Positions 25,041-32,000 of a stretch of DNA of 32,000 nucleotides are shown in pieces. The notes below the pieces were generated by a model. That model saw nothing but the letters and a program-made list of their open reading frames with translations, did not search any database and was not told the DNA's origin. The stretch is from contig NC_013202.1 in the NCBI RefSeq assembly GCF_000023965.1, forward strand, positions 2,100,001-2,132,000, given 5' to 3'. This stretch comes from Halomicrobium mukohataei DSM 12286 (lineage in GTDB: Archaea; Halobacteriota; Halobacteria; Halobacteriales; Haloarculaceae). Both the position numbers and the translations under genes were made by a program. Each line of letters begins with the position of its first letter. The first letter of the stretch is position 1.

Positions 25041-25754
25041 ATGAAGGTTCGAGGCCACCGCGAGTGCAAGGCGTGTGGCAGCCGCTGGTCGTACTACGAG
25101 ACGGCCAGCGTCGAGTGTCCCGACTGCGGGAGTCTCCGGAGCGTCGGCGTCGACGACCGTACGCGTCACACGAACGCCCCCGTCGAGTACGACCTGACGC
25201 CGGTGCGCGGGTCGATCGACGAGCAACCGCTCGAAGAGATCGCCACGGACGCCGCCGAGCGGTCGTCGGAGTACGTCCGTCGGCGCGGCTTCGTCGACGG
25301 CGGATCGCTGCTCGCCCTCGACGAGACCTTCGTGGCCGCGACCGAACTCCGCCACGTCGCCAGCGAGATCGCACGCACGCTCCAGCCGACCGACGCCCAG
25401 GAGCTGTACTTCGTCACGCTACTCAGGGGTGCCGACGAGGGCGAGCGGCCGGAGCCCCGAGCGGTGCCGTCGGGACTGCGTCCGTCCTACGGCCTGGCGA
25501 TGACGGCCGCCGTCGAGGCCTACCAGCGTGATCTCCGCGCGCACCTCGACGACGAGCCCGACCCGCAGGCCCGGTCGCTGTCCGGTCGAATCCGAGACCA
25601 CCGCAAACGGATCGAGGCCCTCGACGGCGACGTGGACCCGAAAGACGCCGACCGACTCGTCCACGCCGCGCGGGACCTCGGTCGATACCTCGCGGAGGGT
25701 GACGAGAGCGCGCTCGTGACGGCCGACAACTGGCTCAACGGTCTCGACGGGTAG
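25041..25754 (+). CDS. zinc-ribbon protein, conserved-hypothetical type
   Basis: 237 aa. The N-terminus (MKVRGHRECKACGSRWSYYETASVECPDCGSLRS) has a CxxC-N16-CxxC motif. The rest is acidic and helical. Confidence 0.75.
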   Translation: MKVRGHRECKACGSRWSYYETASVECPDCGSLRSVGVDDRTRHTNAPVEYDLTPVRGSIDEQPLEEIATDAAERSSEYVRRRGFVDGGSLLALDETFVAATELRHVASEIARTLQPTDAQELYFVTLLRGADEGERPEPRAVPSGLRPSYGLAMTAAVEAYQRDLRAHLDDEPDPQARSLSGRIRDHRKRIEALDGDVDPKDADRLVHAARDLGRYLAEGDESALVTADNWLNGLDG

Positions 25755-26237
25755 CTACCGCAGTTCGTCGATCACGTCGCGGTCGACGGTCGCGGCGGGC
25801 ACCTCGTCGTGCCACGCGGCGGCGGTGACAGACGCCCGCGCCGGCTCCGGCTCACCGGCCGCTATCTCGCCGTCGTAGATCTCGAACGCGAGCGACGTCT
25901 CGCGGTCCCCGTCGGTCAGGGTCACGTCGTTGACGGCCACCAGCGATCCGACGGTCAGCTCCAGGCCGGTCGTCGCCGCGACGGCATCGCGGAGGGCGGC
26001 CTCCCGCGACTGGTCACCGCCGACTTCGCCACCCGGGAGGCTCCAGCGCCCGTCTTCACAGACTAGGAGAACGCGTCCGTCGGCGTCCGTCAGGAGGGCC
26101 GCGACGGCACACTCGTAGCCGCCGTCGAGCCGCGACTTGGCGTGGTTGAACGCGTCGGGGTCCAGACGCTGGGTCGACTCGAACCGCGCCACGCCGTCGC
26201 CCGCGTCGTTTGCGTCGCGGTCGTGTCCCTCGGCCAT
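25755..26237 (-). CDS. Nudix-fold hydrolase-like protein with a degenerate Nudix box
   Basis: 160 aa. The segment AVAALLTDADGRVLLVCEDGRWSLPGGEVGGDQSREAALRDAVAATTGLEL aligns by eye to the Nudix box. The ATG is 1 nt after the folD stop. Confidence 0.7.
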   Translation of the reverse strand: MAEGHDRDANDAGDGVARFESTQRLDPDAFNHAKSRLDGGYECAVAALLTDADGRVLLVCEDGRWSLPGGEVGGDQSREAALRDAVAATTGLELTVGSLVAVNDVTLTDGDRETSLAFEIYDGEIAAGEPEPARASVTAAAWHDEVPAATVDRDVIDELR

Positions 26238-26238
26238 C

Positions 26239-27132
26239 TCAGGGGAGGTCCACGTCGACGCCGTGTTGCTGGGCCGTCGCCTTCACGGTGTTGTACAGCA
26301 ACATCGCACGCGTCATGGGGCCGACGCCGCCGGGGACCGGCGTGATCGCGCTCGCCTTCGCTTTCGCGCTCTCGAAGTCCACGTCGCCGACCAGCTCGTA
26401 CCCCTTCTCGGTGTCGGTCTCGACGCGGTTGACGCCCACGTCGATCACCGTCGTCCCCTCGGTGAGCATCTCGCCGTCGATCAGCTCCGGCACGCCCGCC
26501 GCGGCGATCACGATGTCCGCGTCGCGGGTCTTGGCCGCCATGTCGTCGGTCCGGGAGTGACACACCGTCACCGTGGCGTTGCCGCCCTCGTCTTTCTGAA
26601 GCAGGAGGTTCGCCATCGGCTTGCCGACGATCTCCGAGCGGCCGACGACGACGGCGTCTTTGCCCTCGGGATCGACGCCGGCCGCATCGAGGAGCTTCTG
26701 GATACCGTGGGGCGTACACGGCTTGAAGCGTGCGTTCCCGGCCACGAGGCGGCCGACGTTTTCCGGGTGGAAGCCGTCCACGTCCTTGGCGGGGTCGATG
26801 TTTCGCAGGACCGCTCGATCGTCCACGTGGTCCGGGACCGGCATCTGGACGAGAACGCCGTTGACCGCCTCGTCGCCGTTGAGCTCGTCGATCGTGTCGT
26901 ACAGCTCCTGGGCGTCGGCGTCGGGCGAGATCTCGATGTCCAGCGCCTCGATGCCCACCTCCTCGCAGTCGTCTTGCTTCATCGAGACGTACGTCTCGCT
27001 GGCGGGGTCGTCGCTCATCAACACCGTCGCCAGCGCGGGCGTGACGCCCGCGTCCTCCAGCGTCGCGATCGCGTCGCCGAGGCCGTCCCGGATCTCCTGG
27101 GCGACCTCGTTGCCGTCGATAATTTCGGTCAT
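26239..27132 (-). CDS. folD: bifunctional methylenetetrahydrofolate dehydrogenase / methenyltetrahydrofolate cyclohydrolase
   Basis: The ATG at 27130-27132 gives MTEIIDGNEVAQEIRDGL...YVSMKQDDCEEVGI...VLVQMPVP...DVDGFHPENVG...VVVGRSEIVGKPMANLLL...PVPGGVGPMT. Confidence 0.95.
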   Translation of the reverse strand: MTEIIDGNEVAQEIRDGLGDAIATLEDAGVTPALATVLMSDDPASETYVSMKQDDCEEVGIEALDIEISPDADAQELYDTIDELNGDEAVNGVLVQMPVPDHVDDRAVLRNIDPAKDVDGFHPENVGRLVAGNARFKPCTPHGIQKLLDAAGVDPEGKDAVVVGRSEIVGKPMANLLLQKDEGGNATVTVCHSRTDDMAAKTRDADIVIAAAGVPELIDGEMLTEGTTVIDVGVNRVETDTEKGYELVGDVDFESAKAKASAITPVPGGVGPMTRAMLLYNTVKATAQQHGVDVDLP

Positions 27133-27212
27133 CACCTGATGGGGGTGGCCCGCGAAACAAAAGCCCTCCTATGACAGTGTCGACACAATCGGGACACGGT
27201 CGGCAGAGTCGT

Positions 27213-27818
27213 TCACGGGCAGTCGCCGTCGTCGAACTCTGCCGGCTCTGGCCCCTGCTGAACGGCCCTCGTTGCCCCACTCTCGGTGTCGACGACCATC
27301 GCCTGGCCGCCGTAGCCGTGTGTCTGGTCGTGGCCCCGGACGACGACGCAGGTCGTTCCCTCGGGCACTTCGATCGTCTCCGAGCGCGTGAACGGTGCCG
27401 TCGAGTGGGCGTGCAGGAGTTCTCTGCGCCCGAGGCGATCTCCCGCCAGCGTCTCGACCTGCCACCAGTCCGCGTACCCGTCCTCTCCGTCGTCGTCGTG
27501 ATACAGCGTCACACTGAACTCGACCGCTCGCCCGCCTGCCGACTGGAGCGTCACGTCGACGACGTTGGCCTCCCGCAGGTCCAACTCCGATGTCTCGGTC
27601 TCGTCTGCCCGCGTCGCGCTCTCGCCGCCCTCCGCCACTGTCGCCTGTCGAGTGGTCTCGCCGCCGCCGTCCGTCTGGGTGTCGCCGGATCTGCCAGTCG
27701 GTTCGGGCCCTCCGTCCGAGGTCTGAGTTGTGGACGGTGCTGTCTCGCGGCAGCCTGCGATCGCGCTCATTGCCACTCCGAGACCGAGCAAGACTGCTCT
27801 CCGGGGACGAGGGCACAT
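27213..27818 (-). CDS. secreted Tat-type lipoprotein, function unknown
   Basis: The ATG at 27816-27818 gives MCPRPRRAVLLGLGVAMSAIAGC, with a twin-Arg motif and a lipobox Cys. A Thr/Gly/Glu-rich linker and a globular domain follow (VTLYHDDDGEDGYADWWQVE...VVVRGHDQTHGYGG). Confidence 0.7.
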   Translation of the reverse strand: MCPRPRRAVLLGLGVAMSAIAGCRETAPSTTQTSDGGPEPTGRSGDTQTDGGGETTRQATVAEGGESATRADETETSELDLREANVVDVTLQSAGGRAVEFSVTLYHDDDGEDGYADWWQVETLAGDRLGRRELLHAHSTAPFTRSETIEVPEGTTCVVVRGHDQTHGYGGQAMVVDTESGATRAVQQGPEPAEFDDGDCP

Positions 27819-27928
27819 GGGCGACAGCACTCGCGGCGTCGACAAAAGGGTTCACCAGCGAGTCGTCGCTGTTCGCCGTCAGCGCCCGCTTTCCTCACGG
27901 GTCACTGACGTTCCCCGTTCGTTGTAAC

Positions 27929-28053
27929 GTGATCTTCGCTCCGCTCAGATCACGCTCGCTTCGAGGGCCGACACTCGCTCCGTGCTCGCGTGTCGCTCAC
28001 TCCGTTCGCTCCCGCTCGCTTCGAGGGCCGACACTCGCTTCGCTCGTGTCGCC
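27929..28053. repeat. array of three hairpins with a conserved loop, plus a 27-nt perfect direct repeat (60-bp period)
   Basis: Hairpin A is GTGATCT/AGATCAC at 27929-27953, loop TCGCTCCGCTC. Hairpin B is CGACAC/GTGTCG at 27969-27995, loop TCGCTCCGTGCTCGC. Hairpin C is CGACAC/GTGTCG at 28029-28051, loop TCGCTTCGCTC. The direct repeat CGCTCGCTTCGAGGGCCGACACTCGCT occurs at 27953-27979 and 28013-28039. Confidence 0.8.
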
Positions 28054-28058
28054 CCTCG

Positions 28059-29333
28059 CTACTCGTAAACGAGCCCTTCGCTGTCCTCGCCGTAGAGATC
28101 GAACTCGTCGGTGAGTTCGTCGACGCGCGCACTGACCTCGGCGATCACGTCCTCGTCGTCGGGTGCGTCGACGACCTCGTAGATGAGGTCTGCCACTTCC
28201 TCGCAGGCTTCCTCGTCGAAGCCTCGCGTCGTGAGGCCGGGCGTGCCGGCGCGGATGCCCGAGGGGTTGAACGCCGATCGGGTCTCGCCGGGCACCGTGT
28301 TGGCGTTGAGGACGATGCCTGCCTCTTCGAGGGCCTCCTCGACCTCTTTGCCGGTCGTGTCCGGGTGGGACGGTCGGAGGTCGATCAGGACGAGGTGGTT
28401 GTCCGTGCCGTCGGAGACCAGATCGAGGCCGTGCTCCTGCAGGCGGTCGCCCAGTGCCTTCGCGTTGTCGACGGTCGCCTGTGCGTACTCCTCGAACTCC
28501 GGTTCGAGCGCTTCGCCGAAGCCGACGGCCTTGCCGGCGACGTTGTGCATCAGTGGACCGCCCTGCATGCCGGGGAACACCGCCGAATCGATGTCGTCGG
28601 CGTACTCCTCGTCGCACATGATGATGCCGCCGCGGCCGGCGCGGATCGTCTTGTGCGTCGATCCGGTGACGAAGTCGGCGACGCCGACCGGCGAGGGGTG
28701 GACCCCGGCGGCGACCAGCCCGGTGATGTGTGCGATGTCCGCGAGGTGGTAGGCGTCGGCGGCGTCGGCGGCCTCCTGGATGCGCTCCCACTCGACGGTT
28801 CGGGGGTACGCGGAGTAGCCCGAGACGACGATGTCGGGGTCGTACTCCTCGGCCTGTGCCCGGAGTTCGTCGTAGTCCAGGCGGCCCGTCTCGGCGTCGA
28901 CCTCGTACTGCTCGACCTCGTAGACCTGGCCGGCGAAGTTCGCGGGGTGGCCGTGCGAGAGGTGCCCGCCGTGGGTCAGGTCCAGCGAGAGGATCTTGTC
29001 GCCGGGGTCGAGCACCGCGAGGTAGACGCCCATGTTGGCCTGGGAACCGGAGTGTGGCTGGACGTTGACGTGGTCGGCACCGTACAGCTCCTTGGCCCGT
29101 TCGATCGCGAGTTCCTCGATCTCGTCGGCGGGCTCACAGCCGCCGTAGTAGCGCTCGCCGGGGTATCCCTCGGCGTACTTGTTCGTCAGCGCCGAGCCCT
29201 GTGCTTCGAGGACGGCCTCGCTGACGTGGTTCTCCGAGGCGATCATGGCGAGCGTGTCGTTCTGTCGGTCGACCTCGTCCGTCAGCGCGGCGGTGACGTC
29301 GGGATCGGCCGACTCCAGATGGTCGAAGTGCAT
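28059..29333 (-). CDS. glyA: serine hydroxymethyltransferase
   Basis: The ATG at 29331-29333 gives MHFDHLESADPDVTAALTDEVDRQNDTLAMIASENHVSEAVLEAQGSALTNKYAEGYPGERYYGGC...TGSTHKTIRAGRGG... (PLP lysine motif). Total 424 aa. Confidence 0.95.
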   Translation of the reverse strand: MHFDHLESADPDVTAALTDEVDRQNDTLAMIASENHVSEAVLEAQGSALTNKYAEGYPGERYYGGCEPADEIEELAIERAKELYGADHVNVQPHSGSQANMGVYLAVLDPGDKILSLDLTHGGHLSHGHPANFAGQVYEVEQYEVDAETGRLDYDELRAQAEEYDPDIVVSGYSAYPRTVEWERIQEAADAADAYHLADIAHITGLVAAGVHPSPVGVADFVTGSTHKTIRAGRGGIIMCDEEYADDIDSAVFPGMQGGPLMHNVAGKAVGFGEALEPEFEEYAQATVDNAKALGDRLQEHGLDLVSDGTDNHLVLIDLRPSHPDTTGKEVEEALEEAGIVLNANTVPGETRSAFNPSGIRAGTPGLTTRGFDEEACEEVADLIYEVVDAPDDEDVIAEVSARVDELTDEFDLYGEDSEGLVYE

Positions 29334-29473
29334 ACTCGAACCGTACGGTCCGGCCGTCAATAATCTACCTTTCCGGCGCGCACCTGTGGGCCGTTCACAC
29401 ACTGGTAGAGCATGTGACACTCTGGCACGCGACCAGCAACCATTATGTAGGCGAGGCACACATACCATGCTGT

Positions 29474-31534
29474 ATGTCTACCTGGGGGGTGACATACGCC
29501 GGAGACCGGTCGGCCGAGTCGGACGCTTCGGGGGGATTCGAAGGGGCCGATCCGACCGGACTTCCAGCGTTGTGTGCCCAGCTGAATCGACTGAGCGAGG
29601 CGTCGTCGTCTGCGATTCCGAGAGATATCGACGAGTGTTTCGAGGGCGAGGCCGATCGGCTCTCGATCCCGTGTTCCGACGTGATGGTGACGGCACTCGA
29701 CCTCGACGCCCAGTACCGCGTGACGACTCCGACGGAACTCCCCGACGGGGAGTACCTCCTCAGGTGCCGCACTCGATCGGGGGCGTCGGCCCACGGGCCG
29801 ACGAGCTACCTCCGGTTTCCGGGACCGGCGTCGGTCAAGCCGGCCGGCGATGAGTTCGTCGTCTCGTTCTGGGAGCCGACGACGGTGACCGTCGGCGGCT
29901 CGTCTGGCAACCGGGCCGGACCGGGCCGGATCACGATCGAACCGACGCCGTCCGGACTCGCCACCGGACTGACTCACCTGGCGGCCGCCCACCACACGAC
30001 CGCTCCCGTCAGGTCCCACCCGAGCTTCAGGGCACACCCGCCCTTGCTGGAGTTGGGATCGGAGACGAGTGTTCCGTCGGCCGTCGCCGCCGAGACGCCG
30101 GACACCGGGATCGAGTTCCTGGTCCCGCCGGAACTGGATCGGCTCTTCGTCGCCGCGCCGCTCGCGTACTACCTCGGCGCGACCGTCGAGGTAACCGACT
30201 GCGACGCGCCCGTGTTACGGGCCGACGACCCCTCGATTCGGTACGAGTTCGACGATCTCCCCGGCTTCCAGCATCAGTGCGCGCAGCTCCTGCGGCGGGC
30301 CTTCTTCCTCGACTGTCAGGCTCGCCGGGTCGCGCCCGACCGGGCGTCAAGCGACGGGCTCGAACAGCTCCCGATCGATCTGGACTCGCTGTGTCAGCTC
30401 GGCCCCGCGGCCCGTCTCGAACAGTGTCTCTCGCTGTCCGAGCGGAATCTGGACGCGCTGTTGCCCGACTGGCACCTCTCGACGTACGCCAAACCGACGC
30501 CGGGCCGGATCACGTGTCTCCCCTTCCTGCTGGACAGACTCAGCCTCGTTTACCTCCCGCGCGCGACCGAGCTCGACCGGGACGAACTGCTCGAACAGAC
30601 GCTGTCGGACGCCTACACTGCACGCGGCGAGACCGCCACGTCGGGCGTACTCAAACCGGAGCTACAGGCCGGACAGCTCCACGCGTGGCTCGCGCCGGGG
30701 ACGCCGATCCACGCGTTCAAGCCCCTCCCGAAAGCGTACCACAACCGCGGCAAGTACCGGCATCGAAGCAACGACCAGCTCCAGGTCGGCGTCGTCCTCA
30801 ACGACGACGCGATGTGCGAGGAACACCAGATCGTCTCCGACATCTACGAGGAGCGTGCCGCCGATCTCCCGATCGACGTGACGATCCAGTCGCGGCTCGA
30901 CCGCACCGAACTGGCGGCCACGTTCGAGGCGAAAAACGACTTCGTCCACTACATCGGGCACTGCGAGGACGGCGGGCTGCGGTGTACGGACGGCACGCTC
31001 GACGTGGCCGAGATCGAGGAGTCGAACACGCAGACGTTCTTCCTCAACGCCTGTGGCTCCTACGACCAGGGGCTCTCGCTGGTCGAGCGGGGCTCGATCG
31101 CGGGCGGTGTCACCTTCGAGAAAGTGCTCGACCAGCAGGCCGCGAAGGTCGGGACCGCGTTCGCGCGGCTGCTCGTCCACGGCTTCAGCATCGAGCGGGC
31201 GCTCCAGCTCGCCCGTCGACGGATCATGATGGGGAAAGACTACGCCGTCGTCGGCGACGGCACGTACGCGCTCTTGCCGAGTCCCAAACAGCCCGCGGTC
31301 GTCAAGATTGCCGACGCGGGAGAGCGCTACACCGTCAGCTGCGAGATGTTGACGGCCCAGTCTAACGGGGACCGGTACGACCTCCCTTTCGACGGCAGAG
31401 AGATTCTCAACGGCGACACGCTGGAGAAGACCGTGACCGGGGCGGAACTGCGCGAGGTCCTCGACGCCAAGTCTCTGCCCGTGATCTACGACGGCGACTT
31501 CCACTGGTCGGAGGAACTGGTCGACGAACTCTGA
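29474..31534 (+). CDS. large hypothetical protein with a C-terminal CHAT/caspase-like (His-Cys) domain
   Basis: It is 686 aa from the ATG at 29474, or 706 aa from the GTG at 29414. The C-terminal region contains FVHYIGHCEDG (His codon 30959-30961) and TFFLNACGSY (Cys codon 31052-31054), then GSIAGGVTFEKVLDQQAAKVGTAFARLLVHGFSIERALQLARR. The CDS itself is well supported by acidic composition and codon bias. The domain call is by eye. Confidence 0.8.
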   Translation: MSTWGVTYAGDRSAESDASGGFEGADPTGLPALCAQLNRLSEASSSAIPRDIDECFEGEADRLSIPCSDVMVTALDLDAQYRVTTPTELPDGEYLLRCRTRSGASAHGPTSYLRFPGPASVKPAGDEFVVSFWEPTTVTVGGSSGNRAGPGRITIEPTPSGLATGLTHLAAAHHTTAPVRSHPSFRAHPPLLELGSETSVPSAVAAETPDTGIEFLVPPELDRLFVAAPLAYYLGATVEVTDCDAPVLRADDPSIRYEFDDLPGFQHQCAQLLRRAFFLDCQARRVAPDRASSDGLEQLPIDLDSLCQLGPAARLEQCLSLSERNLDALLPDWHLSTYAKPTPGRITCLPFLLDRLSLVYLPRATELDRDELLEQTLSDAYTARGETATSGVLKPELQAGQLHAWLAPGTPIHAFKPLPKAYHNRGKYRHRSNDQLQVGVVLNDDAMCEEHQIVSDIYEERAADLPIDVTIQSRLDRTELAATFEAKNDFVHYIGHCEDGGLRCTDGTLDVAEIEESNTQTFFLNACGSYDQGLSLVERGSIAGGVTFEKVLDQQAAKVGTAFARLLVHGFSIERALQLARRRIMMGKDYAVVGDGTYALLPSPKQPAVVKIADAGERYTVSCEMLTAQSNGDRYDLPFDGREILNGDTLEKTVTGAELREVLDAKSLPVIYDGDFHWSEELVDEL

Positions 31535-31728
31535 TCGCTCACGGGGACTCTCCGCGGGGCGATCGTCGCTTCCCCGTCGACGTGGCCGGGCTGTCTGTCA
31601 TTGTCCCCCAAACGGTACCGGCAACAATTATGTCTTGACGGCGTGGCAGTATTATCTCTGCAGACGAATTCAATCGAAGTCGGCCAGTAAAATTAAATAT
31701 GACAAAATCGTAGTAGTCTAACAGAAGC

Positions 31729-32000
31729 ATGCGTTCGAACCTACTCGAAGACGACGTAAGAACTGTTCTGTCCGAAGCACTGGACAGTGAAGACAGTTCG
31801 CTCACAGTTGTTAATCCCTCTAGAGAAACGCTTTCGGAACTCGTCTCGGTGCTGGACGAACACGAGGATCCGCCCGCCGTCCGCCTCCTCGCGGAGAACC
31901 GAGCCCTGAAAGACGAGATGGGCGACTTCATCGTCGCGAGCACGGCCGCGGACCTGGTCGAGGCCGACGTGCTGGAGCTGAAGATCCTCGAAGACGTTCC
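31729..32000 (+). CDS. hypothetical acidic protein, N-terminal part only (runs off the right edge)
   Basis: Own translation from the ATG at 31729 gives MRSNLLEDDVRTVLSEALDSEDSSLTVVNPSRETLSELVSVLDEHEDPPAVRLLAENRALKDEMGDFIVASTAADLVEADVLELKILEDV.... It is preceded by a ~190-bp AT-rich promoter-like spacer (31535-31728). Confidence 0.6.
   Translation, partial: MRSNLLEDDVRTVLSEALDSEDSSLTVVNPSRETLSELVSVLDEHEDPPAVRLLAENRALKDEMGDFIVASTAADLVEADVLELKILEDV

Noticed and set aside
24495-25531. Plus-strand ORFs 24495..24776 (93 aa) and 24506..25531 (341 aa) in the gene-free region
   Set aside because: The composition is Arg/Ser-rich. The 341-aa ORF runs off-frame through the zinc-ribbon gene. There is no coding-like third-position bias in 24495-24835.
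25752-25757. Palindromic TAGCTA formed by abutting convergent stop codons of the zinc-ribbon and Nudix genes
   Set aside because: It is a 6-nt coincidence of two stop codons. No flanking symmetry or hairpin was found, so it is only a note on very tight convergent packing.
31539-31943. 134-aa minus-strand ORF at the right edge
   Set aside because: It is Ser-rich and low-complexity. It is antisense to a plus-strand ORF (from the ATG at 31729) that has typical acidic haloarchaeal composition, and it crosses an AT-rich promoter-like spacer.
1-32000. Search by eye for CRISPR arrays, tRNA/rRNA genes, IS elements, transposases, integrases and toxin-antitoxin pairs
   Set aside because: No regularly spaced repeats beyond those reported. 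No cloverleaf candidates. No DDE, tyrosine- or serine-recombinase-like translations. No small overlapping TA-like gene pairs. Absence cannot be proven without tRNAscan, Infernal or HMM searches.

Overview
High-GC (about two-thirds G+C by eye) chromosomal segment whose proteins are strongly acidic, as in a haloarchaeon (class Halobacteria). I call about 35 protein-coding genes, mostly on the minus strand. They were chosen by recognisable family motifs, acidic composition and G/C-rich third codon positions. The many long Arg/Ser/Pro-rich ORFs in the track are stop-poor antisense or off-frame artefacts. Recognisable content, in order:
- rpl11 and the rpl1-rpl10 ribosomal cluster
- an NFACT/Rqc2-like ribosome-quality-control protein
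- Elp3, a cupin, and a RecJ-like Zn-ribbon/S1/OB/DHH protein
- FMN reductase, MutY, TrmB
- a low-GC islet with two membrane proteins
- an SMR exporter, a geranylgeranyl-reductase-family flavoprotein, a class-III aminotransferase
- an MgtC/DUF4010 protein, an AI-2E transporter, PadR, a zinc-ribbon protein
- Nudix-FolD, a Tat lipoprotein, GlyA
- a 686-aa orphan protein, and a partial ORF at the right edge

I found no rRNA, tRNA, CRISPR array, transposase or integrase. Items most worth a second look:
1. The orphan protein at 29474-31534 has a C-terminus that reads like a CHAT/caspase His-Cys protease.
2. Two ~85-nt hairpin elements (2174-2259 and 12912-12995) share conserved termini but have unrelated, still self-complementary cores. 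Each engulfs the stop codon of a minus-strand gene.
3. A ~50% GC islet (about 16260-18200) encodes a divergent membrane-protein / membrane-tethered wHTH pair with a perfect 8-bp inverted repeat in the shared promoter region.
4. Three hairpins with a conserved 11-nt loop lie in the glyA 3' region.
5. A 460-bp gene-free region contains a perfect 19-bp palindrome and two hairpins.
6. The RecJ-like and Nudix proteins appear to lack canonical catalytic motifs.

All family calls come from reading the translations. No database search was possible.
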